From Chlorokybus atmophyticus (lineage: Eukaryota; Plantae; Mesostigma and Chlorokybus algae): 64,000 nt of DNA. The notes under the pieces are model-generated. The model saw only the letters and a list, made by a program, of their open reading frames with translations. It did no database searches and had not been told where the DNA came from. The translations under genes were made by a program, and so were the position numbers. Position 1 is the stretch's first letter; the number at the start of each line of letters is the position of its first letter. Shown here piece after piece: positions 1 through 12,571 of the stretch. The stretch spans positions 280,900 through 344,899 of the forward strand of contig RHPI01000003.1 of NCBI GenBank assembly GCA_009103225.1, given 5' to 3'.

Positions 1-69
1 GTGCTGCTGCTTCGTGCTTTACGTTGCTGCCGACACTAACACTATGCTAGAGCCCTGAGGCTGCTCGAG

Positions 70-1244
70 TTGAGGAGCACGTTGCCTGCAAGCAAAGTTG
101 ATGCTGACATGGCTCTGTGGCAGGTTTGCGACAGCTTTGAGGACCTGCCTGATGGCAGTGCGCCACAGTCGACACTCTGGAGCGTAGAGACGTTCAATCC
201 TAATGAGTACATCACAGTCTCCTCCGACAGAGCATTCCGGGGCAGCAAGTCACTTCACATCCACACCTCCAACAGCGGATACGAGCACGCCATGCTGGTG
301 AACACCAACATCTTTCCAGGTTTGGGTCTTCTTAGGACAGCTCGTGCTTGTTGTCATAAAGCACTGAGCGTGGATTGCTACAACCTACAACCTGTGCTTG
401 TCTCTCACGCTGGCGTGCGCAGTGCTGGACAACACCTTCTGGGGGCGCGTGTACATGTATTATGCGTCACCTCCACCACAAGCGCACTGGAGCATGATCA
501 TTGCATCCGGCACGCTGCCTGGCCAGAGCTCACCAACGTATTTGCGCTATGGTGGTATGTGGACGCATCTTATGGCAAACTACTTTGGGCAAGACGAATG
601 GCAGGTAAGCTCAGGAGGATGGGCACTCGCCTTTGAGTCCTGTCTCAGCACTTACCATCAAACGTGCAAACACCGTGACGTCCGCGCACAGGCTGCAGCT
701 GATAACGTGGATGGGCAATGGGTCAACCAGACAGTCATGCCATCACAGCGTTGGGCCTGCATGGAGTTTTTATTCAAAGGTGCATGCATGCTTGCTGCTA
801 TGGGCGAATGCAGTGCCTGCTGCTGTTGTCTGCATCAACATTGCTCGCTGAGTGTTGCCTGCTCATTGTGGTCAGGCAACACCAACGAGATGCACTTCTA
901 CCTGGACGGAGTGGAGGTACAGAAGCTTGCCATCATGGGGGAGTCATCTGACAACTGCTGCAAGGGCCGCCCCTGGACTGCTCCCCTTTACGAGTATGAA
1001 TAACTCCTGTCAACGTGCCAAATCGCACTGCATGAGCCATATGCAATGCATCCAAATGCTGCAAGTCTTGCGTAGCAATGTGTGGTACTGCCAAGTCTTG
1101 CTGACTGCCATTGTGGACGTCTACTGCAGCAAGATTGCCATTGGCTGGGAGATTTACTCCAACATGGATTCCAACATCCAATCCTTTGACTTGTGGCTCG
1201 ATGATATCGCTCTCAACACAAACCGCATCGGCTGCGCTCGCTGA
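70..1244 (+). CDS. Cip1-like (cellulose-induced protein 1 core, polysaccharide-lyase-like beta-sandwich) protein, copy A; 5' exon lies before the window
   Basis: Spliced translation through GT-AG introns: WQVCDSFED...ITVSSDRAFRGSKSLHI...GYEH...FWGRVYMY...AHWSMI...LRYGG...MPSQRWACMEFLFK...FYLDG...IGWEIY...LWLDDIALNTNRIGC. Motif order matches the Cip1 core as I recall it (DDFES, SGSNS, LRIGG, QCFEY, FGWEAY, WFDDI..RVGC). Confidence 0.75.
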
Positions 1245-3686
1245 ACTCTGTACTTGGTAACGTCCACATCTATTCATCAGGATGTGTGGGTGGAGTGCAA
1301 CGCTGTCCCTTGCGATGGCAGAACTCCTGCAGCTGGTTGGGGGCGGCAAACTGGGTCGCTAGGTGCCTTGTGTAAAACAGTGCTTGTTGTGAGGTAGCCT
1401 TCTCCTGTCAGTTAGCTAGCTGTGCAGTATTTGTGTACTACTCAGCTGTGTGGCTGATTGCGTACGTCGTCGTGTCTATGCGCGTACACGCGCGTTTCAA
1501 CTCCTTGTTACTGTACCACACCCTTTGAGCATGGGACTGCTGTTGAGGCCTTCTCTTGCAAATGCTCTTGAGCACTTCAAGCTGAGATTGAGTAACTCAG
1601 TTCATGTTACAACGGCCGTGCCACACTCATTCAAGTTGTGCTGCACAGCATGGGGCTCAAGCATTGCTCCGCATGTCCTCCTCCAGCATGCCCTACCATA
1701 ATTGCCATCTGGTATAGTCCCTTGGTGACAAGCCCGGCTGGGCCAACATGAGTGACCACGGTGCAACTACCCGCATGCATATGTACGACGACACCATTCT
1801 GGTACGAGCTGACCGTAATGTTGGCGTATGCTACAACCGTCATTGCGTGGGTCATTCACAATAGCTCAATAGCTGCAAAATGATTGCATGACGTCTATTA
1901 TACTACTATAGTCAATAAGAAGCATGTGCGCTATGATGCCGGTGGCCAACGACACATTGTGGGGATCCCTTTGCTGGTGGCACTGATTCGTTGGGTAGTC
2001 ACTAAGAAACTGTAACGCGGGGCTTAGCCGACTAAGCCATGGTAGCAAAAGTCGCTGCCATGAGAGGTTGTGTATTGCTTATTAATGGTTCATAAGCCCT
2101 TCTTAGCCTATTCCATATTAACAGGCATTACAGAAACTATTATGGGTCCAACCCGTGAGTTGAAGAGTTGAATTGAGTCAAGTAGGTTATAGGTTTGAAG
2201 TGCACGTGCAAAGGCTACCGTCCATATATGTTCAGCATATGCCCGTTTAAAATTGCACACTTGCCTTGCTTGTGGAGGTATTGACCACTGAACATCCCTT
2301 AATGACTTTGTTATACATTATGTCATATTTTAATTGCGTATCAGATTGAGACTCTTGAATCTGCGAGAGATCAAGCTTACGCGTAATAAAAGCAACTTAT
2401 AACCACCACATTTCATTGATATTTGTGAGGGGGAGGTCTAAGTTGCATCCTCGCACTGTCGTGGTACAGGCAAGAGTGAACACTTATGTTTGCCCTCGCA
2501 ACCGCACGCAACCGAGATGACAGGTTGTTGTTAATTTGCCCTTAAATTGCAAGGCCATTCATGCGAGGAGTTACGAGGCCCCTTCAAGGCGCTTGACTTG
2601 AATGGTGCTCTAGGGCTGGGCCAAAAACCAATGGTCATAAGTTCAGCACTCAAAGTCAGGCCTGTGCGGCTTAATAACGCAATGAATGTTGTCATGACTC
2701 TTGATGCTCCAATCAGGCTGATACGCGACAGAGGTCCCTTTTCTGTCGCTGGAGCCTGCTGCATACGCTCCGCGGCGCAAGCAACCACTTTGCACGGCCC
2801 AAACTTGGCCGGACAGCACCATGCCGTCGACCGCTTTCTGATTCAGCCGCTGCTGTTCAGAACTGTATTCAAGCCGACAGACTTCGGACTAAAAGGCTGC
2901 CAAATCCGAACGTGATGATGCGCGAGCAGCGGCTGTTTGTCCCGTGATGTTTGGCTCTGTGGCGCCGTCCGTGTCCCGAATTGGGAGGCGCCGCATGCGG
3001 CATGGCTGCTGCTGTTAGCCCCAAGGCATAAATGTCCTTGCTGCTTGCATTGTGTAAGCGGAGAGAAGTTGTGTGTGTGAGCAGCAGGGTTGTTGCAGCA
3101 GCGGGGAGCCGCCATCAGCCTCAAAGGTACTCATAGCAGCTCAAGTCGGCACTAACGCTTTGGAGCCCAAGATCACCCGGCAGCTGCAGCGACAGTCTCC
3201 TCCGAGTAGAGCGGTAAGCTTTGTGCTGGCCACACGCTGAACAGTGTCACTTCAACTAGCTGTAACGCACTGTCATGCTTGTTATTACAAAACACAACCG
3301 TTTTCAAACAACGGGTATGTTGTTGGCACACCTGCTTCTTGTGAGAGCATGTAACCGTCTGCGAGTTACATGCTCATTCAGTCCTGCAGCCATTTTTGGT
3401 GGTGTATGGTTCAGCAGCATGCGTACGCAAGTGTTGGTGCAGTCTACCATTGACAATGGGCACTGCTATATCAATGCGCGGTGCTGTAGGCTGGTGAGCT
3501 CAGTACCATGTACCTTGGTGGCCGTGTCAGTTTTGGCTTAGGTGTCAGTAGATTGCAATCCAAATATTTTAGTAGTCCAATACTGTTGCTTCAACTTGAG
3601 GAGGCTAACACAAGTGCTGCTGCACCTGAACTTGCAGTTGACAGTGAGCCCGGTTGCAGTGCAGGTTACTGAGTAAGCACAGCAAA

Positions 3687-5176
3687 ATGCAGCGTGCATG
3701 TGCTATTGTGGTGGTACTGCTGCTTGGCACGCTGTCGATTACCGAAGGACACCGCGAGCTTCTGCAATCGGAGGCTGCACTAGTAGATTCCTCTGCACCT
3801 TCCCTTGAACACGGGCCTGGCCGACGCTTGCTGTACTCCAGCCCCAAATGCTATCGATCCGGCCTCAAGGTGCCAGTTTTGGTGATAGAATCACATGCAT
3901 TTGATGCTGCTGCTCTGTGAATCGCACGTTTGCATTGCTGCCAACTCGTACACTGTGCACGCTGGAGTTGTCCGAAGCTGCTTTTGTGTGAGGTGCACGT
4001 TGCCTGCAAGCCAAATTGATGCTGACATGGCTCTGTGGCAGGTTTGCGACAGCTTTGAAGGCCTGGCTGATGGCAGTGCGCCACGATCGACGCTCTGGGG
4101 CACAGAGATATTCAACCCCAATGAGTACATCAAAGTGTCGTCCGAAAGAGCATTCCGGGGCAACAAGTCACTTCACATCCACACCTCCAACAGCGGCTAC
4201 GAGCACGCCATGCTGGTGAACACCAAAATGTTTCCAGGTTCGGCTTTTGAATTGAACGTGTGCAGTGTGTTTGTGCAAGCATGAAGGTGCAGTCTTGACT
4301 TGCAATTGCCACAAGCTGTGGTCTGTGCTCTTCTCTCACACTTGTGTGCGCAGTGGCGAACAACACTTTCTGGGGGCGCGTGTACATGTATTACGCGTCA
4401 CCGCCACCACAAGCGCACTGGAGCATGATTGTCGCGTCCGGCACGCTCCCTGGCCAGAGCTCGCCGACATATTTGCGTTACGGTGGCATGTGGACACATC
4501 TTATGGCAAACTACTTTGGACATGACGAGTACCAGGTAAGCGCAATATGGGCACACTTGCTGTCGAGTCCTGTCAGCTGCTGTGATCAGCATAGCAAATA
4601 CCATAGAACCTACAACCTGTCACTGCACAGGCAGCGGCTGACAACGTCAACGGCCAATGGATCAACCAGACGGTCATGCCATCACAGCGTTGGGCCTGCA
4701 TGGAGTTTCTATTCAAAGGTGAGTACACCCTTCGCATGGCCGAATGCAGTGCCTGCTTGTGTAAATTTGGCGGCTGAGTGTTGCCTGCTTACTGTCATCA
4801 GGCAATACCAACGAGATGCACTTCTACCTGGATGGAGTGGAGGTGAAGAAGCTTGCCATTATGGGGGAGTCAACTGACAACTGCTGCAAGGGCCGCCCCT
4901 GGACTGCTCCCCGTTATGAGTACGAACATCATGCCAGTCATACCTAATCGCAGCGTGCATATTACTCATGGGGTTCCGATGTATGTTGAACACAATGCTA
5001 CATCTCAAGACTTGCTGCTCGGTTGAGAAGCTGACCATTGTGTTGTGTACGCCTACTGCAGCAAGATTGCCATCGGCTGGGAGATCTACTCCAACATGGA
5101 CTCCAACATCAAATCATACGACATGTGGCTCGACGACATCGCTTTTGACACGAAGCGCATCGGCTGCGCTCGCTGA
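3687..5176 (+). CDS. Cip1-like secreted protein, copy B (about 6 exons, N-terminal signal peptide)
   Basis: ATG 3687 gives MQRACAIVVVLLLGTLSITEG (signal-peptide-like). Exons near 3993-4238, 4354-4536, 4631-4718, 4802-4919 and 5062-5176 are close paralogs of copy A with the same intron positions. Stop TGA at 5174-5176. Confidence 0.75.
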
Positions 5177-5299
5177 TCTTTATCGTTGGTACTGTACAAA
5201 AGATGCAAGGCGGAGCTGTGTACATCTACTCATCAGGATGCGATGTAAGATGGTTGAGTGTGCACTCAACCATCTCACACTGCTGTCAATTGCAACGGC

Positions 5300-6060
5300 A
5301 AATTCTACAGCGGCAACCTGAGTCGCTAGGTGCCTGTGTACAAAACTGCTAGTTCTGAGGTAGCCTCCTCATCATGACAGTGTTAGTGATCTAGCTGTGC
5401 AGTATGCGCCGCACGAATAGTAAGTCACTATTTATTCAGTTTATTCAGTTTGTTTTTTTCAACTCTTATATTGATTACCCGCAATACATAGGGAGGTCCG
5501 GGTTCTGTCCATGCCTAAAGTTACACAGCTAGCAGCTGTGTGGGTCAATGTGTGCGTACGTGCGTGCAAACATGCACTCATTCCTATGCTTGCATGTGTG
5601 CATATGCGTATATGTTTCGACTCGCCGTTACAGTGCCACGCATTATAAGTTGCGTGTATACGTGCGCTAGCGCACTAGCGTCAGTGTACGTATTTTGGTT
5701 AGGCATGGACATGTTCCTGGACCCTTGCCCGTGTTGCCTTTATTGTGCCAGTAGTGTTAGTAGTTATTATAAGCAGGGGATTACTGTTGGGACCTTATCT
5801 TGGTAATGCTCTCGGGGATTATGAGTGACTCTGTTCACGCAATGGTTGTCAAGTGTCATTGTGTGGGCTGAGAGTACCTAGGCTCAGCATGTTCTGGCAT
5901 GATTACTATCCGGAGTGATTCCCAAGTGACATGGCATGAGTGGCCAACAGCTGCGCGGAATTATGGTGCAACTACAGGCATGTGTATGCACTTAAGCATG
6001 CACCACTTTGTCACCAGCTCACCGTGATGTTGGCGTGCTGCTGCTGCTAGTAATCCCAGC
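5300..6060 (+). repeat. Diverged duplicate of the copy A 3' flank (about 1340-1860)
   Basis: Shared blocks gtcgctaggtgcct...gaggtagcct...ctagctgtgcagtat and ggtgcaactac...accgt(a/g)atgttggcgt occur downstream of both Cip1-like genes, indicating a tandem segmental duplication of about 3.9 kb. Confidence 0.6.
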
Positions 6061-7260
6061 AGGCCAAGGAGTTGAACTGGGATTGGGAGCACTCTGCTGC
6101 GAGGCACGTGTGCTGGGGCTACTGTCCTCAACGTGGACTGCACATAGGGCCTAAGGTTGCACACTTGTCAGCGCACATGCAGCGCACGATGCATACCCTA
6201 TGCAGAGGCTTGCCGAAGTGTGGCAATGGCCTCTGAACATGCCAAGTCGCTGCTCTGTTTCTGAAGTGTCAATGCCGCAGTGATCAGCGATCACTTGCGT
6301 GGCAGATAAAGTGCAGCCTGCAAGCATGGTTTGTGCTCTTCCTAAACCTAAACTTTAACACGTGTTGAGGACATGTAGTGCTTATGCACAGAACTCCGGT
6401 TGGTAGCCTGCTCTCTGTCTTCCAATAATGTACAATCATGACACACCAAGCCCATGCTAAATGAAGGTAAACCTGGCCCAGAGTGCTTTCAAGGCCAGAT
6501 TGCTAGCCTGTCTACAGATCGAATATCACAGTCTTCAAAGACTACACCAGCTACATTGACTTGACTGTCGATGCATACAATTGTCCTTTCCTTGTTGTGT
6601 TGCTGTCTCCTGCAGCACATGTCAGCAAGCAACCAACTTGACAGCATGCCATGCAGGAACTCTTGTGCCTATGACACAACAATGATGACAGCAACCATCA
6701 GCTCAGGATGGACCCGCACTTGAATGCAGGGGTGAGAGGCAACCCACCTGGCATGTGGCTGTCGTCCCGTGTCAGCGGCGCTAGCACGGCTCGAGAGCAA
6801 CGTCTGGGACGGCTGTCTTGTGCTGCAGGGTTGGCGCTGTTGACTGGTGCAGGCTCCTCCTGCACACAGCGCTTCTACAAGAGCGTGCTGAGGGCGGCAT
6901 TGGCGCACTTAGCAGCCTTCACGGGGTCTGAGTCTGCACGAGATTGCCCACATGGCGGAAATGCAGCCGCCCTTGGTATTGGCGCCCTTGTTGGGCACGC
7001 ACTCGTTGGCAAGGGCCCCACAGTATGTGCACAACACGGGTCTTGGCCTTGGCCTTGTTGTTAACATGGAGCACTCCCGCCAGCGGCAGGATGGGCCCCC
7101 CGCCCTGTAGTTGAGCTGGTTGATGTCGGAAGTGCCTGCGAGGCTTTTCTTGCGGTACCTTGGACTTGGGAATAGCTCAAGGCTTGCACACCTGCTCGAG
7201 ATGTCCATGTCTGAAAGCCCGCAACGTGCACCTCGCTCACAGGTCAGTCCGCCTCCCTAA

Positions 7261-8523
7261 TTAGCCTTCGGGTCTTGCTGCTTTCCATGCAGCGTACTGT
7301 GGGTGACCAGTCTCCCACTTCCCCTTTGGCATTGCACACGTCTGCTCTGCTGTGGTGGACAAGCCCACCTCTTTTCGGTACACCAAGCGCAGCAACTTGT
7401 CCATGGCCAGCAACAGCACCCTCCCCCACAGTGAAATGGGCCACGCTCCACGCTCGCTCTCATCAACGTTCTCACAGATGACATCCACCTTGTATTTGAT
7501 GCTCTCGGGCTTCATTGACAACAGCGACGGTTGTGACGTGATGACCGCGTGCGGATCGGAGGTGACGGGGGCAAAGAGTGTGAGGAAAGCGGCGTGTTTG
7601 CGCGCGAGCGTGTCGGGAGAGAAGGCCAACACGGCGGGGAAGCGCAGCCACACTCTCAGCACGCCTGTGCCGTCGAGCCGCAACAGCGCCTGCAGCTTGT
7701 CTCTGTTGACACGAAGCGTGTTGGGAGAGCGATGCAGTATGAATGGGGCGCGAGCGGCGGCTTTGGCTAGCACGCGGTCATCCTTCACGCCCAACGCGGC
7801 CTTGACTGCGCGCACGTTGGCGGCGAGGTTGGCCGTGTTGAGAGTGAGAAGCTTTGGGGTTCTGCGCACCATCGCAGCTATATCGCGGTCTGGGAATAAT
7901 CGCTGCAGATGGTCCATGCGCGAGTCGTGCAGAGGCCGACCTGATGGTTGCATGTAAGTCAGCAGCATGGGTGCTTTGGCTGCCAGCTTGGCTGCTGCAA
8001 GTCCAGGCACAACCTCCCCCAACTGTGTCAACATACACAGTATTGTTGCATACGTACGTTATTCACATCATGCTTGCATGTGATGACAACAGAGCAACTG
8101 CAACTGTAATAGGTTACCATGCTCAGTCGGGACTGCAGCTCCTTTGCATCACGGAAGAAGCTCCTCTTGTGCCCCAATTCCACCAGCCTTCTTATATCTT
8201 CCTGCTACAAGCGCGCTGCTTCAGCAACAAACATGTGCGCTATACAAATACCACGTCATGTGACAAGAGTTTGCAGCGGAAGTCCCAAGTGTTGTAGCTT
8301 ACATTCAGTTGCTGTCCAGCCCAGAAAGCGCGCATACTGTCCTGATCTCCCTTCAGAAACGGTCCCGCTGATTTGCTTGCATGGCAGTAGCGACGCTGAC
8401 GGCTGGGCTGCGCCTAATAGCAAAGAGGGTATTTGTATGAGACAAGGCAGCATACAGACATGTGTTGCTACATGCTGCATTCACCCACTTGTGCTGCAAT
8501 GTGTGCGGCAGCAGGAAAGCCAT
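7261..8523 (-). CDS. mTERF-family organellar nucleic-acid-binding protein
   Basis: Last exon has repeated mTERF-like units (MVRRTPKLLTLN, AARAPFILHRSPNTL, VWLRFPAVLAFSPDTL, VITSQPSLLSMKPESI). Phase-0 GT-AG exons upstream (QEDIRRLVELGHKRSFF..., AQPSRQRRYCHASKS..., MAFLLPHTLQHKW from ATG 8523) give a presequence-like N-terminus. The first exon is inferred. Confidence 0.7.
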
Positions 8524-8877
8524 GCAATACAACTTGCAATTGAACTGCATACACTGAGCACAAGTATTGTTTATGTGTGGTTCGCAAACCTCAACAAATT
8601 ATCGACGGGATTTTGTCCTGCAACGCACTTATGTTTGGCCATGCAACTAGCTCGTCAAACACTAACACGCCTCGTTTGACAGGACTTGTATGCATAACGC
8701 TGTGCACGGCAAATTGGGCAGGGGGGCATTGGTAAAGGCAATCACGCGGCTACTGTGTGGGCACAGCACTCCAACGCAATTGCAACACGACAATCGTTCA
8801 AAGACATGCACAGGCACAATCAACTCAAAGATAGGCGTTTGCTGTCATGCTGCTCAAGGCGCAATGTCTCACACACC

Positions 8878-9191
8878 TCGTGATCTTGATCGTGGCCATC
8901 GTTGAGCAGGGCCTCCTCCTCATCGACCTCGTCTGGCTCCTCTTTCATCGCAGGCTCCTCCCTCCGCTCCTTGCGGCTGCGGTGGTGGCTGCTTCCATCA
9001 GCATGGTTGTCGTTGCCGTCATTGCTGGCCTCCTGCTTAATGGCGGGCAAGGAGGAGGGCGGCAGAGGCGCTGACGGTGAGGAAGAGGAGCAGGCCAGCC
9101 AGGTACCGATGCTGGCATTGACAATGCTAGCCGTCTGCGGGTCCAAGCCCTTAGTCACCGCCGCTGCCGCCGCCGCCAGCAACCCTGCCAT
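8878..9191 (-). CDS. Orphan acidic, low-complexity exon, head-to-head with CPN60B; product unknown
   Basis: ORF MAGLLAAAAAAV...EEPAMKEEPDEVDEEEALL...DQDHE has coding-like GC content and ends at a GT donor (gag|gtgtgt). No family motif recognised and downstream exons are not resolved. Confidence 0.3.
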
Positions 9192-9549
9192 TGCATATAT
9201 TCTTGTCCGGGAGGCAGCGACCGCTTGGATATCACAATCTTGATCATGTGAGTATTGCAGCTTGAGACTTGCAGCCGGGGCTCAATGAAACACTGGACAT
9301 GGTGGGGCCTCGCGGGCTTTCCAGAACCTCTAAGGTCTAACGTTACGTTATGCAGACAGCTTACAACACCCTAGCAGCGGTCCCACCAGACGTTTCCATT
9401 CTGGCTCGCGAGTTGCCGTTCGCGTTAGCTGCCGAGTTGTAAAGTGCCCCGCGGCGGCGGCGGATCAACAGCGACACTGTGCTTGACAGCGGCGGCGGCG
9501 GCAGCGTGGGCGGCGTTGTGCATTGCGCAGAGGCAGGTGTGCATTAGCA

Positions 9550-11628
9550 ATGGCGTCTACCAGCGCCGCGAGTGTGGCCAGCACTTCAGCTGCTGCTCGC
9601 CATGTCGTCGGGCTGGGCGCGCCCACCCTGCCAGGTAGGCGGCCAGAGCAGCAGCGGAGGGGACTTGCGGCGGCGGCCAGGCCGTCGTCCGCCTCCACCT
9701 CTAGGAGACTGTCGACGGTGTGCATGGCGAAAGAGTTGCATTTCAACACGGACGGCGCTGCGCTCAAGAGGATGAAGGCCGGTGTGGACAAGTTGGCCAA
9801 TCTGGTGGGCGTAACGCTGGGCCCCAAGGGCCGCAATGTCGTGCTGGAGAGCAAGTACGGCTCGCCCAAGATCGTGAACGACGGCGTCACTGTCGCCAAG
9901 GAGGTGGAACTTGAGGACCCAGTTGAGAACGTCGGCGCACGCCTCGTGCGCCAGGCCGCCTCCAAGACCAACGACCTCGCTGGCGACGGAACCACCACTT
10001 CCGTTGTTCTTGCCCAGGGCATCATCGCAGAGGGCATGAAGGTCAGTGCATAGTACTATTTTAGTAATGCAGGCATTAGCAACACCAACATGTAGGAATA
10101 TGTATTTGGTGATGTTCCCAATGCTTGCGACGCTGTTCCAACACTGTACTGAAAATGGGGATATGTTTATGCAGCGTATATGGTTTCGTGCCCGGTTTTG
10201 TGTCCAGTGCTTGACTGCATATAGCAAATGAGCTTGAATCGATTTTGTTGCAATCGCCATGCCATTGCAATCACCCCTGTGCTGAGTATTGCATTGCATG
10301 TGCAGGTTGTGGCTGCTGGCGCCAACCCCACCCAGATTGTGCGCGGCATCGAGAAGACGGTGACGGCACTGGTGAAGGAGCTGAAGGCGATGGCCAAGGA
10401 CGTGGAGGACAGCGAGCTGGCGGACGTGGCCGCCGTGTCGGCCGGCAACAACCCAGAGGTGGGCGCTATGATCGCAGATGCCATGGCGAGGGTGGGCCGC
10501 ACGGGTGTGATCACCCTGGAGGAGGCCAAGTCGGTGGACAACAACCTCAAGGTGGTGGAGGGCATGCAGTTTGACCGCGGCTACATCTCGCCCTACTTTG
10601 TCACCGACACCGAGCGCATGGTGGCCGAGTACACCAACGCACGCCTCTTCCTTGTTGACAAGAAGATCTCGACGGCGCGCGACATCATTGGCGTCCTCGA
10701 GGATGCCATCCGCGGCGGCTATCCCCTCATCATTATTGCCGAGGACATCGAGCAGGAGGCACTCGCCACCCTCGTGGTCAACAAGCTGCGCGGCTCCCTG
10801 AAGGTTGCCGCCCTCAAGGCTCCCGGCTTCGGCGAGCGCAAGAGCCAGTACCTCGACGACATCGCCGTCCTAACCGGCGGCACGGTCGTGCGCGAGGAGG
10901 TAGGCATCACCCTTGACAAGGCCACCTCGGAGGTGCTGGGCGTGGCTGCCAAGGTGGAGCTCAGCAAGGACAGCTGCACCATCGTGGGCGACGGCAGCAC
11001 GCAGGCCGAGGTGCAGGCGCGCGTCAACCAGATCAAGCGACAGGTGGAGGACGCCGACCAGGACTATGAGAAGGAGAAGCTGCTCGAGCGCATCGCTCGG
11101 CTGTCCGGCGGCGTTGCCATCATCCAGGTCGGCGCGCAGACGGAGACCGAGCTCAAGGAGAAGAAGCTGCGCGTGGAGGACGCCCTCAACGCCACCAAGG
11201 CCGCCGTCGAGGAGGGCATCGTTGTTGGTGGTGGCTGCACGCTGCTGCGCCTTGCCGACAAGGTGGAAGGTATCAAGGCAGGCCTCGAGAACGACGAGCA
11301 GAGGGTTGGTGCCGACATCATCAAGCGCTCGCTCTCCTACCCGCTGAAGCTCATCGCCAAGAACGCCGGTGTGAACGGCAGCGTTGTCGTGGAGAAGGTG
11401 CGCGCAAACAGCAACCTCAACTTTGGCTACAACGCTGCCACCGACACGTACGAGGACCTGATGGCCGCTGGCATCATCGACCCCACCAAGGTCGTGCGCT
11501 GCTGCGTTGAGCACGCCGCGTCCGTTGCGAAGACTTTCTTGCTTTCAGATGTTGTTGTGGTGGAGAAGAAAGAGCCCGCGTCCGCAGCCGCGGCACCCGG
11601 CATGGACAACTCCGGCTACGGCTACTAA
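9550..11628 (+). CDS. CPN60B: Chloroplast chaperonin 60 beta subunit (2 exons: 9550-10041, 10306-11628)
   Basis: Transit peptide followed by AKELHFN...GPKGRN...NDGVT...[40 protein letters not shown], and C-terminal [10 protein letters not shown] typical of the plastid beta subunit. Canonical GT-AG intron 10042-10305. Confidence 0.95.
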
Positions 11629-12571
11629 ACACACACGGCGTCGCGCTAAGTGATGATGATCGCTTTTGGTGTTCTATTACTTATGCTAGCTAGCTAGCAG
11701 CTTGCAGCCATCCAGAAGGGGGTAGAGTGTGAGAGTAGCAGAGCGAAGCATGCACACCTGTGCATGTTGAGTTTTTCGAGCACGTTCGTTAGAGGGAGTG
11801 AGTCTTCAGTATGGTAGTTGCGTGCTGCAGAGTACTATTTTATTACTACATGCGCCTATGCTTTGAATTCGCCTGCATGCATTGGCCGTGACTTGTTGAC
11901 GTGTTGTCTCTGTTGGTTGTACTCAACACCGGAAAGCTTCACATTGCATGCAAGTCACCAGAGTAACTGGTCTGTCTGTCTCTTTAATCTGCCTGTCTCT
12001 TTAATTAATTAGCTATGAATCTGTCTGCCATGTTCCTGCGTTGCTGATCATCAGTGCCACAATCTGAGACATTGCGGTCTGAAAGGTGGAGAGAATACAG
12101 TCCTTCAGCCACTCATGCTATTGACTTGACAGTCAAGGAAACCATATGCCCACATTGGCTGCTTTTCTGCTGGCGTTACATAGATAACTCTATGCAAGTG
12201 CCATACGTCGCTCTACCGCTCTGCAAGACGCCATGTTTGGATTTAATGTACACCACTACAGTGCTGTTGGTACAGCACCTTCTCTAAAAGGTGCAATGCC
12301 AACACTACTGCTGATGGAAGGTATAAGCTATGGGCGACTTACCCTAGCCAGAAGCACAGCCACCAGTTGTCGTAGGACCAGGGTCTGTGTATAGTTATGT
12401 TACATATGTCACACATGCTGTGCGCATGACCACGCAAGCGCTGCAGCAGATGCCCCACCCGCGTCCCCCTCGAGTGCTTATCACAGTTGCTGTCTGTCAT
12501 GAGCGCCCTCGTCTTCTACGCAACAGAGCACACGTCGTGAGACCGCAGCGCAACAATCTGTAAGCTGCTGC

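Noticed and set aside
2531-3124. ORFs between the two Cip1-like genes
   Set aside because: No recognisable domain or splice structure; cannot support a gene call.
6669-7208. GC-rich ORFs with a CTYC motif downstream of mTERF
   Set aside because: Frames are interrupted and no family is recognisable; may be UTR or a decayed fragment.
10167-11609. Long antisense and alternative-frame ORFs over CPN60B (also over the AP2 and malic enzyme genes)
   Set aside because: Shadow ORFs expected from high GC3 codon usage; no independent motifs.
9550-11628. Bacterial groEL or bacterial contamination
   Set aside because: It has a transit peptide, a spliceosomal intron and plastid Cpn60-beta features.
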